NCBI GenBank assembly: GCA_963708135.1
Contig: OY970192.1
Coordinates: 3,456,001 to 3,520,000, forward strand
DNA length: 64,000 bases
Direction of reading: 5' to 3'
Source: an uncultured Gemmatimonadales bacterium
GTDB lineage: Bacteria > Gemmatimonadota > Gemmatimonadetes > Longimicrobiales > RSA9
Shown here: positions 28,839 through 41,619 of the stretch, one piece after another
Numbering within the stretch: position 1 is the first letter of the stretch
How the letters are laid out: each line of letters starts with the position of its first letter
Notes under the pieces: generated by a model
The model's database searches: none
The model's input: the letters and a program-made list of their open reading frames with translations, nothing else
What the model was told of the DNA's origin: nothing
Program-made: the position numbers and the translations under genes

Positions 28839-29471
28839 ATGCAGCGGAAGACCGCCGCCCTGGCCCTGACGCTCCTCGCCCTGGCCGGCTGCGGGCGGAC
28901 CGGACCCAACTCCGCCGCCACGCGCCGCGACACGGCAGCGCTGCCGCCGGCTACGCCGGCTCCCCGGGGAACGCGCCCCGCCGTGCTGAACGACAGCCTC
29001 CGAATCGAGGCGATGACGGAGCCGTTCATGTTCCGGCTCCTCCGCTCGCCGCCGGCTTTCCCGCTCCCCTTCAGCGTCTACATCCCCGAGGACATGGTCG
29101 CCTCGGTCGTGGGCGACACGGTCCGCATCTCGGCGCGCTTCGCCGGACGGCTCCGGCCCAGCGCCGGGCTCGCCGTCGTGGCGCTGCCGGCGGGACTCGA
29201 CGCGGCCGAGGCGCGCGCGCGGGCGCGCCAGGCGGCGGACGCCATGGGCGGCGGCCCCTCCCGGCAGGTGAGCCCGCCGGACTACGTCTTGGCGCTCGCC
29301 GAGCTCCGGGCGGCGCAGCCGGCGGGGGCGCCGCGCGCGCTGGGGATCGTCGCGCTCGGCCGCCACGGGGGGCGCTACTTCCTCGTCGCCATCCAGTACC
29401 CGATGGAGATGGCGGACGGGATGGGCCCGCGCCTCGGGCGCATCCTGGACTCGTGGCGCTGGACGGGCTGA
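28839..29471 (+). CDS. Putative lipoprotein
   Basis: GGAGGA RBS; MQRKTAALALTLLALAGC lipobox. Confidence 0.75.
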   Translation: MQRKTAALALTLLALAGCGRTGPNSAATRRDTAALPPATPAPRGTRPAVLNDSLRIEAMTEPFMFRLLRSPPAFPLPFSVYIPEDMVASVVGDTVRISARFAGRLRPSAGLAVVALPAGLDAAEARARARQAADAMGGGPSRQVSPPDYVLALAELRAAQPAGAPRALGIVALGRHGGRYFLVAIQYPMEMADGMGPRLGRILDSWRWTG

Positions 29472-29568
29472 CGCCGCCGCTCAGGGCTCCGGCCGGGCAG
29501 AGGGGTTGGCCCGCCGGACGGCGAGCCCACCGCTTTCTCGCGTCCGCGCCGGGCCCTACGTTCAGTCC

Positions 29569-30552
29569 ATGCGATACACGAAGCTCGGCGCCACGGGCGC
29601 CACCGTCTCCCGGATCGGGCTCGGCTGCATGAGCTACGGCAGCGCCCAATGGCGGCCGTGGGTCCTCGACGAGGCCGACGCCCGGCCCTTCTTCCGCCGC
29701 GCCATTGAGGCCGGCGTGAACTTCTTCGACACCTCCGACATGTACTCTCTCGGCGTGAGCGAGGAGGTGACGGGCCGCGCGCTGCGCGAGTTCGGCAACC
29801 TGGACGAGATCGTCCTCGCAACCAAGGTCTTCTTCCCGTTCTCGGACGCGCCGAACATGGGCGGCCTCTCGCGCAAGCACATCGTGCAGGCGTGCGAGGC
29901 GAGCCTGCGCCGGCTCGGGGTCGAGACGATCGACCTCTACCAGATCCACCGCTTCGATCCGACGACCCCGATCGAGGAGACGCTCGCCGCCCTCGACCAC
30001 CTCGTCCGCGCGGGCAAGGTCCGCTACATCGGCGCGAGCTCCGGCTGGGCCTGGCAGTTCGCCCGCGCGCTCGGCCTCTCGGAGCGGAACGGCTGGGCCC
30101 GCTTCGTCTCCATGCAGGACCACTACAACCTGCTCTACCGCGAGGAGGAGCGGGAGATGCTGCCCCTCTGCCGCGCCGAGGGGATCGCCGTGATCCCCTG
30201 GTCGCCGCTCGCGCGCGGGCTGCTGGCCGGCGCGCGCACCTCGCTCCAGGACCGCACCTCCACGACCCGGGCCGCCACGGACGAGTACGGCCACAAGCTC
30301 TACGGCGGCCCGGGCGACGCGGAGATCATCCGCGTGGTCGAGGGCGTGGCGAAGGAACGCGGCGTCTCGCCGGCCGAGGTCTCGCTCGCCTGGCTGCTCT
30401 CGAAGCCCGGTGTCACCGCGCCGATCGTCGGCGCCACCAAGCTGCCCCACCTCGAGGCAGCGATCCGCGCCGTCGAGCTCGAGCTGGAGCCGGAGGAGCT
30501 CGCGCGGCTCGAGGAGCCCTACCAGCCGCACCCGGTGCGCGGGCACGGCTGA
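29569..30552 (+). CDS. Aldo/keto reductase
   Basis: IGLGCMSYG, FFDTSDMYSLG, LATKV, IDLYQIHRFD, PWSPLARG. Confidence 0.93.
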   Translation: MRYTKLGATGATVSRIGLGCMSYGSAQWRPWVLDEADARPFFRRAIEAGVNFFDTSDMYSLGVSEEVTGRALREFGNLDEIVLATKVFFPFSDAPNMGGLSRKHIVQACEASLRRLGVETIDLYQIHRFDPTTPIEETLAALDHLVRAGKVRYIGASSGWAWQFARALGLSERNGWARFVSMQDHYNLLYREEEREMLPLCRAEGIAVIPWSPLARGLLAGARTSLQDRTSTTRAATDEYGHKLYGGPGDAEIIRVVEGVAKERGVSPAEVSLAWLLSKPGVTAPIVGATKLPHLEAAIRAVELELEPEELARLEEPYQPHPVRGHG

Positions 30553-30559
30553 AGCGCCT

Positions 30560-31894
30560 TCAGGCGGCCCGGGAACCGCCGCCCGCGCCGCGCGCGAGTC
30601 GCACCCGCACCGTCCGCCCTGTCGCCGCGCGGTAGCCCACCTCGATCGCCGCCGCCAGGGCAAGCATGGCGGCCAGCGCCCAGAGCCGCGCCGGCGCCGT
30701 CCGCGCCACCTGCCAGACCAGCGCGGTGAGGGCCGCGAGGCACAGCACGACGCCCAGCGCGGAGAGCGCGCGGCTGCTCGCCGCCTCCCGGTACAGCCGC
30801 CAGCTCGCGCCGCACACCGCCGCGAAGATGAGCAGGAACCCGGCGCTGCCCATGGTCGAGATGCTGGAGAGGTCGAACAGGTTGGCCACGGCGATCGTCA
30901 CGGCGGCGGTCAGCACGAGCCCCTCGAGCGGCTGCCTCCAGATCCGGCGCTCGAGCACCGCCGGCAGCTCCCCGTCCTTCGCGATGATGTAGCTCACGCG
31001 GCTGGCGCCGTAGAGCGTGGCGTTGATCGCCGACGCCGTGGACAGGAGCGCCGCGGCCGCGATGAGCGTGAAGCCGGCCTGCCCCAGCCGCGGCCGCGCC
31101 GCCTCCGCCAGCGCGTAGTCCTGCGCGGCCGCGATCCGGTCGGGCGCCAGGCTGCCGACCGCCACCACCGAGACCAGGATGTAGAGGACGATGACGAAGG
31201 CCACGGACGCGAAGAGGGCGCGGGGCAGCGTCGTCTGCGGCGAGCGCACGTCGGCCGCAGTGTTCGCGATCAGCTCGAACCCCTCGTAGGCGAGGAAGAT
31301 GATCATGCCACCGGCGGCGAGCTGGACCGGCCCGGCCCACGCCGCGGGCGCGAGCCGCGCCCACGACACGCCGCCCATGCCGACCGCCACGAAGAAGAGC
31401 AGGATCGCCAGCTTCACCGCCACGATCACGTTCTCCGCCTCGCCCACGCGCTTCGCGCCGGCGGCGTTCAGCACCGACAGCAGCACGATCACGCCCGTGA
31501 TCAACAGGTGCCTGGCGAGCGGCCGCGCCGCGGCCGAGAAGAAGCTCGCGCCGTAGCTGCCGAACGCGTACGCGTACAGCGCCAGCATCACCGTGTAGCT
31601 GATCCACAGCAGCACGTTCAGCGTTCCGGTGACGCGGCCGGCGCCATACGCGCGGTTGAGGAACGTCACGGTCCCGCCCTCGCTCGGGAAGGCGACGGAG
31701 AGCCGCGCATAGCTGTAGGCGGCGGCCAGCGCCACCGCCCCTGCCAGCGCGAAGGCCGCGGGGGTGCCCCCGCGCGCGAGCCGGACCGCCAGCCCGAGGA
31801 CGGCGAAGATCCCGCCGCCCACCATGCCACCAATGCCGATCGAGGCCGCGGACCAGAAGCCCAGCGCACCTCCGCCGCTCGTTTCCCGTTCCAC
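30560..31894 (-). CDS. APC family amino acid permease
   Basis: GIGGMVGGGIFAVLG, YARLS..FPSEGG, FLAYEGFELI; start uncertain (GTG 31894 or TTG 31903). Confidence 0.88.
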   Translation of the reverse strand: MERETSGGGALGFWSAASIGIGGMVGGGIFAVLGLAVRLARGGTPAAFALAGAVALAAAYSYARLSVAFPSEGGTVTFLNRAYGAGRVTGTLNVLLWISYTVMLALYAYAFGSYGASFFSAAARPLARHLLITGVIVLLSVLNAAGAKRVGEAENVIVAVKLAILLFFVAVGMGGVSWARLAPAAWAGPVQLAAGGMIIFLAYEGFELIANTAADVRSPQTTLPRALFASVAFVIVLYILVSVVAVGSLAPDRIAAAQDYALAEAARPRLGQAGFTLIAAAALLSTASAINATLYGASRVSYIIAKDGELPAVLERRIWRQPLEGLVLTAAVTIAVANLFDLSSISTMGSAGFLLIFAAVCGASWRLYREAASSRALSALGVVLCLAALTALVWQVARTAPARLWALAAMLALAAAIEVGYRAATGRTVRVRLARGAGGGSRAA

Positions 31895-32156
31895 GGCGGC
31901 CAATGTAGGTGTCGCGGGCGCGCCTGACGAACGGCGGCAGACCGGGCGCGGAGGGAGCGCTCGACTGGCGCCGGCGACGTTCGGCGCCGAGTATGGCACG
32001 GTCACGCCATTGATCTCCACACGCGGAGGCGGAGCGATGCACGTCGGAGCGGCAGTGCAGGCGGCAGCGGCAGGCATACCTCGAGCGCGCCGGAGCCCCG
32101 GCTCCCGAGGGCGTACGGCCGGGGCCGGACGCCGGCGCCACGCGCGCGGAGGTGTG

Positions 32157-35100
32157 ATGGCCTTCGCCGCCGCCCTCGCGCTGGGCGGGGCACTCGCCCC
32201 CCTGCTGCGTCCCACCCCGCTTCCCGCCCAGCAGGTGCCCGCCGCGCTCTACTCCGGCCTGCGCTGGCGAAACATCGGCCCGTTCCAGGGCGGCCGGGTG
32301 GAGGCCGTGGCGGGCGTGCCCGGCAACGCCTCGACCTTCTACTTCGGCGCCGTGAACGGCGGCGTCTGGAAGACCGTGGACGCGGGGCAGACCTGGACGC
32401 CGAGCTGGAAGGGCCCCGGCGTCCAGACCATCGGCGCGCTGGCCGTCGCGCCGTCGGACCCCAACGTGGTCTACGCCGGCACCGGCGAGCCGGATCCTCG
32501 CACGGACCTGGCCTCCGGCGACGGCGTCTACCGCTCGACCGACGCGGGCCACACCTGGACCCACATCGGGCTGGACGGCAGCCACCAGATCGCGCGCATC
32601 CTGGTGGACCCACGCGACCCGGACCGCATCCTCGTGGCGGCGGAGGGCAGTGTGTTCGCCCCGGGCTCAGATCGCGGCGTCTATCGCTCGGCCGACGGCG
32701 GCGCGAGCTGGCGGAAGGTGCTCTTCGTGAACGACAGCACGGGCGCCATCGACCTGGCCATGGACCGCATGAACCCGCGCATCGTCTACGCGGCGATGTG
32801 GCAGGTCAGGCGCACGCCGTGGTCGCTCGTGGACGGCGGCCCCGGCAGCGGGCTATACCGCTCCGTCGATGGCGGCGAGCACTGGTCGAAGCTCGAGGGG
32901 CACGGATTGCCCGCCGGCGTCTGGGGCAGGACCGCCGTCTCCGTCGGCGCGGATGGGCGCCGCACGTATGCCCTGATCAACGCGCACGATGGCGGGCTCT
33001 ACCGCTCCGACGACGCCGGCGAGAGCTGGCGGCTCGTAAACGCCGACCAGCGCATCCGGCAGCGGCCGTGGTACTACTTCCAGGTGAAGGCGGACCCGCG
33101 CGATCCCACGACCGTCTACCTGCTGAACTTCCACATGTGGCGCTCGAGCGATGGGGGGGCGAGCATCGCCCGCCTCGACCCGCCGCACGTGGACAACCAC
33201 GCGCTCTGGATCGATCCCGGCGCGCCCGAGCGCATGATCGAGGGCAACGACGGCGGCGCCACCATCTCCCTCGACGGCGGCGAGCACTGGAGCACGGAAT
33301 CCAACCAGCCGACGGCCCAGATCTACCACGTGGCCACGGACGGCCAGGTGCCCTACCGCGTCTATGGTGCGCAGCAGGACCGCGGCACCTACTCGATCGC
33401 AAGCGCGGTGAGCCGCGGCGGGATCGGCGAGCAGGACTGGTATGACGTCGCCGGAGGCGAGAGCGGCTACGTGCTCCCCGTCCCCGGCGCGCCCGATACC
33501 GTCTTCGCCGGTTCCTACTTCGGCGACCTCACGCGCTGGAGCCGCCCGGCGGGCGAGGCGCAGGACGTGACGCCGTGGCCGGAGAACACCGAGGGGTACC
33601 CGGCCTCCACCGTGAGGTACCGCTTCAGCTGGACCAGCCCGCTGGCCTTCGACCCGCACGAGCCGTACACGCTCTACTCCGGCTCGCAGCTCCTGCTGAA
33701 GTCAATGGACGGGGGGCGCAGCTGGAGCGCGATCTCTCCGGACCTGACCCGCAACGACACCACGAAGCAGCGCCTCTCCGGCGGCCCCGTCACGCTCGAC
33801 AACGTGGGCGCCGAGTACTACGACGTGATCTACGCCATCGCGCCCTCGCCCGTTGCGCGCGGCCAGATCTGGGTGGGCACGGATGACGGGCTGATCCAGC
33901 TGACGCGGGATGCCGGGGCCGCGTGGACGAACGTCACGCCGAAGGCGCTCCCGGCCTGGGCGCACGTCGAGGGGATCGATGCGTCCACCAGGGACGCGGG
34001 GACCGCGTACGCCGCCGTGAACGCACACATGAGCGGGGACGACGCGCCGTACGTCTTCCGCACGCACGACGGCGGCAAGAGCTGGAAGCTCGTCGCGAAC
34101 GGGCTCCACGGCCCCATCTACTTCGTGCGCGAGGACCCGGCCCGGCGGGGGCTCGTCTACGCCGGCGGGGATGGCGGCGTCTTCGTCTCCTTCGATGACG
34201 GCGAGCACTGGCAGTCGCTCGAGCTGAACCTGCCGCCCACCTCGATGCGTGACCTGGCCGTCCACGGCAACGACCTCGTGCTGGCCACGCACGGGCGCGG
34301 CTTCTGGATCCTGGACGATGCCACCCCGCTCCGCCAGGCGACGGCGGCGCTCGCCGATTCCGCGGCCTACCTCTTCCATCCGGCGGATGCCATGCGCTCC
34401 CCGCTCGGCGGTGGCCCGCGAGACGCCACGGCGACGGCGGGCGCGAACGCCCCCGGCGGAGCCATCATCGACTACTACCTGAGGTCCACGCCCGCGGGCC
34501 CGATCACGCTCGAGGTGCTGGACTCCGCCGGGGCCGTGGTCGACCGCATGTCGAGCCGGAAGGGCGTGGACGGGCGCGACACCATCCCGGCAAAGGCGGG
34601 ACTCGACCGCGTGGTCTGGAACCTCGGCTACGCGCCGCCACCGCCGCTCCGCGTGCCCGGCGGCCCGATCTTCGAGGCGGGCGGGCCGACCACGCCGAAG
34701 GTCCTGCCCGGCCGCTACACTGTGCGGCTCACGGTCGATGGCAGGGCCTACGCGCGCCCGCTCACGGTGGGCCTCGATCCGCGCATCACCGCCACGCCCG
34801 CGGACCTCGCCGCCCAGCTCGACCTCATGAGCAAGATCGAGCAGGCGCTCACCGAGGACCACGAGGCCTTCAACCAGATCGCCGGGCTACGGCAGCAGCT
34901 CCAGGGGATCGGCGAGCGGCTGCCCGGCGAGGTGGGGATGGCGGAAGTCGTGGACTCGGTGCACGCGCTGGACGTGCGCGCCGATTCGCTGTCCACGCAC
35001 TTCTTCCAGTACCGCGCGAAGGCCGCCAAGTGGCTGTTCATGAACTACCCGATCCAGCTGAACGCAAAGCTGGTCGGGCTCGAGAGCTCCGTCGGCGGCT

Positions 35101-35273
35101 CCGACGACGCCCCCACACGGCAGGACCTGGCCGTCTATCAGTCGCTGCGCCGCCAGCTCGACGCGCGCCTGGCGGAATGGCGCGAGATGCAGCAGCGGGA
35201 TGTCGCGGCGCTGAACGCTCTCATGGGCGACAAGGGAATCGCGCCGGTCTACGTGGGAAACGCCGGGCCATAG
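32157..35273 (+). CDS. Secreted BNR/Asp-box (VPS10/sortilin-like) beta-propeller protein, glycosyl hydrolase-like
   Basis: Signal-like N-terminus, WRNIGPFQGGRV, many S.D.G..W repeats (YRSTDAGHTW, YRSADGGASW, YRSVDGGEHW), coiled C-terminus. Confidence 0.85.
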   Translation: MAFAAALALGGALAPLLRPTPLPAQQVPAALYSGLRWRNIGPFQGGRVEAVAGVPGNASTFYFGAVNGGVWKTVDAGQTWTPSWKGPGVQTIGALAVAPSDPNVVYAGTGEPDPRTDLASGDGVYRSTDAGHTWTHIGLDGSHQIARILVDPRDPDRILVAAEGSVFAPGSDRGVYRSADGGASWRKVLFVNDSTGAIDLAMDRMNPRIVYAAMWQVRRTPWSLVDGGPGSGLYRSVDGGEHWSKLEGHGLPAGVWGRTAVSVGADGRRTYALINAHDGGLYRSDDAGESWRLVNADQRIRQRPWYYFQVKADPRDPTTVYLLNFHMWRSSDGGASIARLDPPHVDNHALWIDPGAPERMIEGNDGGATISLDGGEHWSTESNQPTAQIYHVATDGQVPYRVYGAQQDRGTYSIASAVSRGGIGEQDWYDVAGGESGYVLPVPGAPDTVFAGSYFGDLTRWSRPAGEAQDVTPWPENTEGYPASTVRYRFSWTSPLAFDPHEPYTLYSGSQLLLKSMDGGRSWSAISPDLTRNDTTKQRLSGGPVTLDNVGAEYYDVIYAIAPSPVARGQIWVGTDDGLIQLTRDAGAAWTNVTPKALPAWAHVEGIDASTRDAGTAYAAVNAHMSGDDAPYVFRTHDGGKSWKLVANGLHGPIYFVREDPARRGLVYAGGDGGVFVSFDDGEHWQSLELNLPPTSMRDLAVHGNDLVLATHGRGFWILDDATPLRQATAALADSAAYLFHPADAMRSPLGGGPRDATATAGANAPGGAIIDYYLRSTPAGPITLEVLDSAGAVVDRMSSRKGVDGRDTIPAKAGLDRVVWNLGYAPPPPLRVPGGPIFEAGGPTTPKVLPGRYTVRLTVDGRAYARPLTVGLDPRITATPADLAAQLDLMSKIEQALTEDHEAFNQIAGLRQQLQGIGERLPGEVGMAEVVDSVHALDVRADSLSTHFFQYRAKAAKWLFMNYPIQLNAKLVGLESSVGGSDDAPTRQDLAVYQSLRRQLDARLAEWREMQQRDVAALNALMGDKGIAPVYVGNAGP

Positions 35274-35358
35274 GCCACCGACCTCGCTGCGCGCCCCGCG
35301 CCGCCCCGACGGCGGGCCGGGCGCGCGCCGGACGGGCCGGATCTCCAACGGAGGACGC

Positions 35359-36465
35359 ATGGACGAGGATCGCACGGGAGTCGATTCACCGGGCGCGGCG
35401 CCGGCCGGCGTGGCGAGCGTCGCCATCGAGGTGCCGATGGGGCGGACGCCGGCCTTCGAGGCGGTGGTCGAGGAGCTCGGCCACGCGCTCGAGCGGCTGG
35501 GGGGTGCGCTCGAGCCCGGACGGGCCGGGCGGGTCACGCTGGCCGGTGCGGAGGTGGGGCGGGTCGTCGCCTGGCAGGAGGGCGAGTCGGTCGAGCTCCG
35601 CTGGTCGCCGGCGTCGTGGGAGCCGGCCCGGACCGGTGAGCTGCGGATCCGTGCGGAGGCGGTCGCGGGCGGCGCGCGGGTGACGCTCGAGCAGCGCGGC
35701 TGGCTCGGGCTGCTGGGGAGACCGGCCGAAGTGGCGGGGTGGTTCGCCTCGGCGGTGGGGGCCCCATTCCTCACGGCGGCATCGCCCGGCCCGCTCGGCG
35801 CGTGGATCACGGATCGTCGCGCGCGGCGGCCGTCGGGGGCGGAGTCGCGCGCGGTCTACGCGAATCCGCTCTATCACCGGCCGATGTTCGGGGCCATGCT
35901 CGCGGAGCTCTCGCTGAGCCCTGCCGACAGGCTGCTGGACGTGGGCTGCGGCGGCGGCGCGTTTCTGACGGATGCGCTGCGGAGTGGCTGCCGCGCGGCC
36001 GGCATCGACCACAGCCCGGAGATGGTGAGGGTCGCCCGCGAAGTGAACGCGGGCGCGGTCGCGGCGGGGCGCCTCGAGGTCCGCGAGGCGTCAGCCGATG
36101 CGATTCCATTCCCCGACGACACATTCACCTGCGCGACCATGCACGGCGTGCTCGGGTTTCTGGCGGATCCCGTGGCGGTGCTGGCCGAGATGCGCAGGGT
36201 GCTCGCGCCGGGCGGCCGCCTGATGGCGCTCGGCAGCGATCCGGCCCTGCGCGGCACCCCGGCGGCGCCGGAGCCGATGGCGTCGCACCTCCGGTTCTAC
36301 GAGAGCGCCGAGCTGCTCGAGCTCGCCCGCCGGGCCGGCTTCGGCGATGCGCGCGTGGAGCCGCGTCCGGTGGAGCGGTACGCGCGGGAAGCCGGCGTGC
36401 CGGAGGAGCATCTCGCGATGTTCGCGGGTGTCGGGCCGGAGTTCCTGCTGGCACGGAAGGGCTGA
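35359..36465 (+). CDS. Class I SAM-dependent methyltransferase with an N-terminal SRPBCC-like domain
   Basis: LLDVGCGGG, GIDHSPEM, IPFPDDTF, RVLAPGG; N-terminal GRVVAW...VELRW...RVTLEQRGW. Confidence 0.8.
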   Translation: MDEDRTGVDSPGAAPAGVASVAIEVPMGRTPAFEAVVEELGHALERLGGALEPGRAGRVTLAGAEVGRVVAWQEGESVELRWSPASWEPARTGELRIRAEAVAGGARVTLEQRGWLGLLGRPAEVAGWFASAVGAPFLTAASPGPLGAWITDRRARRPSGAESRAVYANPLYHRPMFGAMLAELSLSPADRLLDVGCGGGAFLTDALRSGCRAAGIDHSPEMVRVAREVNAGAVAAGRLEVREASADAIPFPDDTFTCATMHGVLGFLADPVAVLAEMRRVLAPGGRLMALGSDPALRGTPAAPEPMASHLRFYESAELLELARRAGFGDARVEPRPVERYAREAGVPEEHLAMFAGVGPEFLLARKG

Positions 36466-36583
36466 GGCCGGGCGGGGCCGAGGCGGGCGGCGGCCCCCGG
36501 GCCGGGCTCCACGGCGCCCGCGTTGTCGATCGTGCCCGGCACCGACCGCGATGAAATGCCGCCTCAGGAGAAAGGGATCAGGG

Positions 36584-37147
36584 ATGCGCGACAGAGCTCA
36601 TCGCCCGATCGCGGGCGTGCTTTCGCTGGTCGGACTGGTGGCCGCGGCGCCGCTGTCGGCGCAGCGGCTGGCGCCACAGCGTTTCGTCCTCGCGCGGCGC
36701 CAGCAGGTGGAGCGGAAGCTCCGGGCCGACAGCGTGGTGGGCCCCGAGCCGTACTACGTGGGGATGACCATCGGCGGCGTCAGCGGCGCGGTATTGGGGA
36801 TGCTCACGGGCGGCAGCGTGGGCGCGTTGCTCGATCGTGACCCCGACGGCGGGCTCACCTGGGGGATCGCGATCGGCGCCCTGGCCGGTAGCGCCGTGGT
36901 CGCGCCTCTGTTCGTGCACCTGGCCAATCACGGCCACGGCTCGCTGACGGGGGAGGTGGCGGCGGCGGCGCTCGTCGGGGGAGCCGGTCTCGCGCTCGCG
37001 TCGTCGCTGCACGGCGACCGCCCGGATCCGGGACTGATCGCCTTCGCGCTGACCCCGCTCGCGCAGGTCATCGTCTCGGAGATCATCGAGGCGCGGGCCC
37101 AACGCGCGGCGGCTTCCGCTCCCGTGCCGAAGCGGGATCCGAGGTGA
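36584..37147 (+). CDS. Hypothetical exported/membrane protein with glycine-rich hydrophobic helices
   Basis: Signal-like AAAPLSAQ; several Gly-rich TM-like segments. Confidence 0.6.
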   Translation: MRDRAHRPIAGVLSLVGLVAAAPLSAQRLAPQRFVLARRQQVERKLRADSVVGPEPYYVGMTIGGVSGAVLGMLTGGSVGALLDRDPDGGLTWGIAIGALAGSAVVAPLFVHLANHGHGSLTGEVAAAALVGGAGLALASSLHGDRPDPGLIAFALTPLAQVIVSEIIEARAQRAAASAPVPKRDPR

Positions 37148-37203
37148 CGCGATAGCCTCCCGATCCCGCCGGTCCGCGAGATTGCGATGCCGAGGTCCCG
37201 CCC

Positions 37204-39180
<1,977 letters not shown>

Positions 39181-39290
39181 TCAGAAATCGAGCCTTCTAC
39201 TACTACCCCCGCCCCTGCGCCGTGTGCCCGCGTGCCAATGGATTTCGTGGCCCGCCCGGCGAACCGGACCGGCGCGGGTTTTTCCGCAAT

Positions 39291-39599
39291 TCAACCGTCG
39301 CCCATCACGAACCGGATCTGCCGGATCCGCCCCCGCTCCCGCCCTTCGTTCAGCCGCCGGAGGATCTCCGCCTCCATGAGGCGCAGCTCCATCAGCCAGG
39401 CGCTCGAGCGCACCGCCACCAGCAGCGTCCCATCCGAGACCCTGAGCGGCTTGGCGACGTCGGCGATGCCGGCTCCGACGCGCTCCGCCCACTGCGGCAC
39501 CACGCTGGCCGCCGCGAGCTTCTCCGCCAGCCCCGAGCCGGCCAGATAGCCTTCGAGCGCCTCCTCCAGCGGAGTCGGCCCCTTCCGCCTGCCGCTCAC
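39291..39599 (-). CDS. DUF721 / DciA family protein
   Basis: QWAERVGAGIA...GTLLVAVRSSAWLMEL; classic position between recF and gyrB. Confidence 0.8.
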   Translation of the reverse strand: MSGRRKGPTPLEEALEGYLAGSGLAEKLAAASVVPQWAERVGAGIADVAKPLRVSDGTLLVAVRSSAWLMELRLMEAEILRRLNEGRERGRIRQIRFVMGDG

Positions 39600-40750
39600 G
39601 TGCTCACCTCTCCCCCCGCGATGCGCCAGTGCTCGAGCGAGCCGTGGCGCAGCTCGAGGTCCGTGGCCTTCGGCGCCGTCAGGAGCACCTGCCCGCGCTC
39701 CTCCTCCTCGAGCAGCTCCAGGATCCGCCGCGAGCGGCCGGGATCCAGCTCCGCGAACACGTCGTCCAGCAGGACCAGCGGCTCCCGGCCGCGTGCCTCC
39801 CGGATCGTTGCCGCCTCGACCATCCGCAGCGCGATGGCCGCCGTGCGCTGCTGCCCGCCCGAGCCGTAGTCGCGGAGCGGCGTATCCTCGCCGGCCGCGT
39901 CCAGGTGGAAGGCGAGGTCGTCGCGGTGCGGCCCGACGATGGTCATCCCGCGCTCCCGCTCGCGCGACCCCACCCGGGCCAGCTCCGCCTCGAGCGCGGC
40001 GGCCGCCGCCCCCGCCTCCGGCACCCCGCCGCCCGGCGGCAGCGGCACGGCCGGCTCGTAGGCGAGCCGCGCTCCCTGGCCGCCGGCTATGGCCGCGTAG
40101 CGCCGGCGGAACCCCTCCTCGTGTGCCGCCACCCAGTCCGCGCGCTCTGCGATGAGGCGTCCACCCCACTCGACCAGCCCGGCGTCCCAGGCCGACAGCA
40201 GCGCCGCGGGCGCGCCGTCGCGCAGCATCGCGTTCCGTTGCTTCAGGATCTGACGGTAGCGCTGCAGCGCGCCCAGGTATCCCGGTCGGTTGAGCGAGAG
40301 AACGATGTCCAGGAAGCGGCGCCGCTCGCCGGGCGAGCCGGAGATGAGCGTCACGTCCGACGGCGAGAAGATGACCGCACCGACCCGCCCGAGGGCGTCC
40401 CCGAGCCGCTCCGGCTCCGCGCCATCGAAGGCGACCCGCTTCCGGCGCGTCCGCCTCTCGAACCCGGCGGCGAGCTCGTGCTCCCCGTCCGCTCCATCGC
40501 GCATGGCGAGCTGGCCGCGGACGAAGAAGGCATCGGCGCCGAAGCGGACGAGCTGCTCGTCCGGCGCGCCGCGGAAGGAGCGGAAGATCTCGAGGTAGTA
40601 GACCGCCTCGAGGAGATTGGTCTTCCCGGCTCCGTTCTCCCCGATGAGGGCCACGCCGGCCGCGGGAAGCGCCAGGTCGAGCGCCTCGAAGTTGCGGAAC
40701 TGGCGCAGGCGCAACATGCGGCACGCCACGGACGCGGGGGCGGTGCTCAT
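39596..40750 (-). CDS. recF: DNA replication/repair protein RecF
   Basis: FRNF, GENGAGKTNLLEA, RRRFLD, GPHRDDL, GSGGQQRT, LLDDVFAELD. Confidence 0.95.
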   Translation of the reverse strand: MSTAPASVACRMLRLRQFRNFEALDLALPAAGVALIGENGAGKTNLLEAVYYLEIFRSFRGAPDEQLVRFGADAFFVRGQLAMRDGADGEHELAAGFERRTRRKRVAFDGAEPERLGDALGRVGAVIFSPSDVTLISGSPGERRRFLDIVLSLNRPGYLGALQRYRQILKQRNAMLRDGAPAALLSAWDAGLVEWGGRLIAERADWVAAHEEGFRRRYAAIAGGQGARLAYEPAVPLPPGGGVPEAGAAAAALEAELARVGSRERERGMTIVGPHRDDLAFHLDAAGEDTPLRDYGSGGQQRTAAIALRMVEAATIREARGREPLVLLDDVFAELDPGRSRRILELLEEEERGQVLLTAPKATDLELRHGSLEHWRIAGGEVST

Positions 40751-40830
40751 CGGTACCTGCAATCTAGCCCGCGCGCGCGCGCGAGGCCAGCCATGATCCC
40801 GACTGGTCCCGGACCCGCACTCGCACCCGA

Positions 40831-41619
40831 TCAGCGGCCCCTGAACTCCGCCTTCCGCTTCTCCAGGAAAGCGCCCATCCCCTCTCTCATGTCCTCTGTG
40901 GCGGCGAGGAGGCCGAAGAGGTCGGCCTCGTGGCGGAGCGCGTCCTCGGTGGTGGCGTGGTAGGCGAAGTCCACGGCCTCGATCGCGAGGCGGAGGGCGA
41001 TCGGCCCGTTGCCGAGGATGGTGCGGAGCATGCCCCGGGCGGCCTCCAGCAGCTCCGGCTGCGGCACCACCTGGTTGACGAGGCCGATTCGGTGCGCCTC
41101 GGCCGCGTCGATCATGGCGCCGGAGAGGATCATCTCGAGGGCGCGGCCGCGCCCGACCAGGCGCGGCAGGCGCACGGTCCCGCCGTAGCCCGGGATGATC
41201 CCGAGCTTCACCTCCGGCAGCCCGAAGCGGGCGTTCTCCGACGCGAGGCGCAGATGGCACGCGAGCGCCAGCTCGAGCCCGCCGCCGAGCGCGAAGCCGT
41301 TCACCGCGGCCACCACGGGCTTGCCCATGGTCTCCAGGAAGCGGAACGCATCCTGGCCCGCGCGCGAGACGCCGATCCCGTCGATCGGGCCCATGCGCGC
41401 CAGCTCGGCGATGTCGGCGCCGGCGACGAAGGCCTTCTCTCCCGCGCCGGTCACGAGGATGCCGCCCACGTCGGCATCCGCGGCCAGCGCGCGGAAGGCG
41501 GCGTCCAGCTCGGCCACGGTGTCGGCGTTGAGCGCGTTCAGCTTGTCGGGACGGTTCACCGTGACGACGGCGATCCCGTCATCCATCCCGACGTCGAGGA
41601 AATCGTAGGTGTCGGCCAT
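40831..41619 (-). CDS. Enoyl-CoA hydratase (crotonase)
   Basis: NRPDKLNAL, AFVAGADI, GFALGGGLELA, FGLPEVKLGIIPGYGGT. Confidence 0.93.
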   Translation of the reverse strand: MADTYDFLDVGMDDGIAVVTVNRPDKLNALNADTVAELDAAFRALAADADVGGILVTGAGEKAFVAGADIAELARMGPIDGIGVSRAGQDAFRFLETMGKPVVAAVNGFALGGGLELALACHLRLASENARFGLPEVKLGIIPGYGGTVRLPRLVGRGRALEMILSGAMIDAAEAHRIGLVNQVVPQPELLEAARGMLRTILGNGPIALRLAIEAVDFAYHATTEDALRHEADLFGLLAATEDMREGMGAFLEKRKAEFRGR

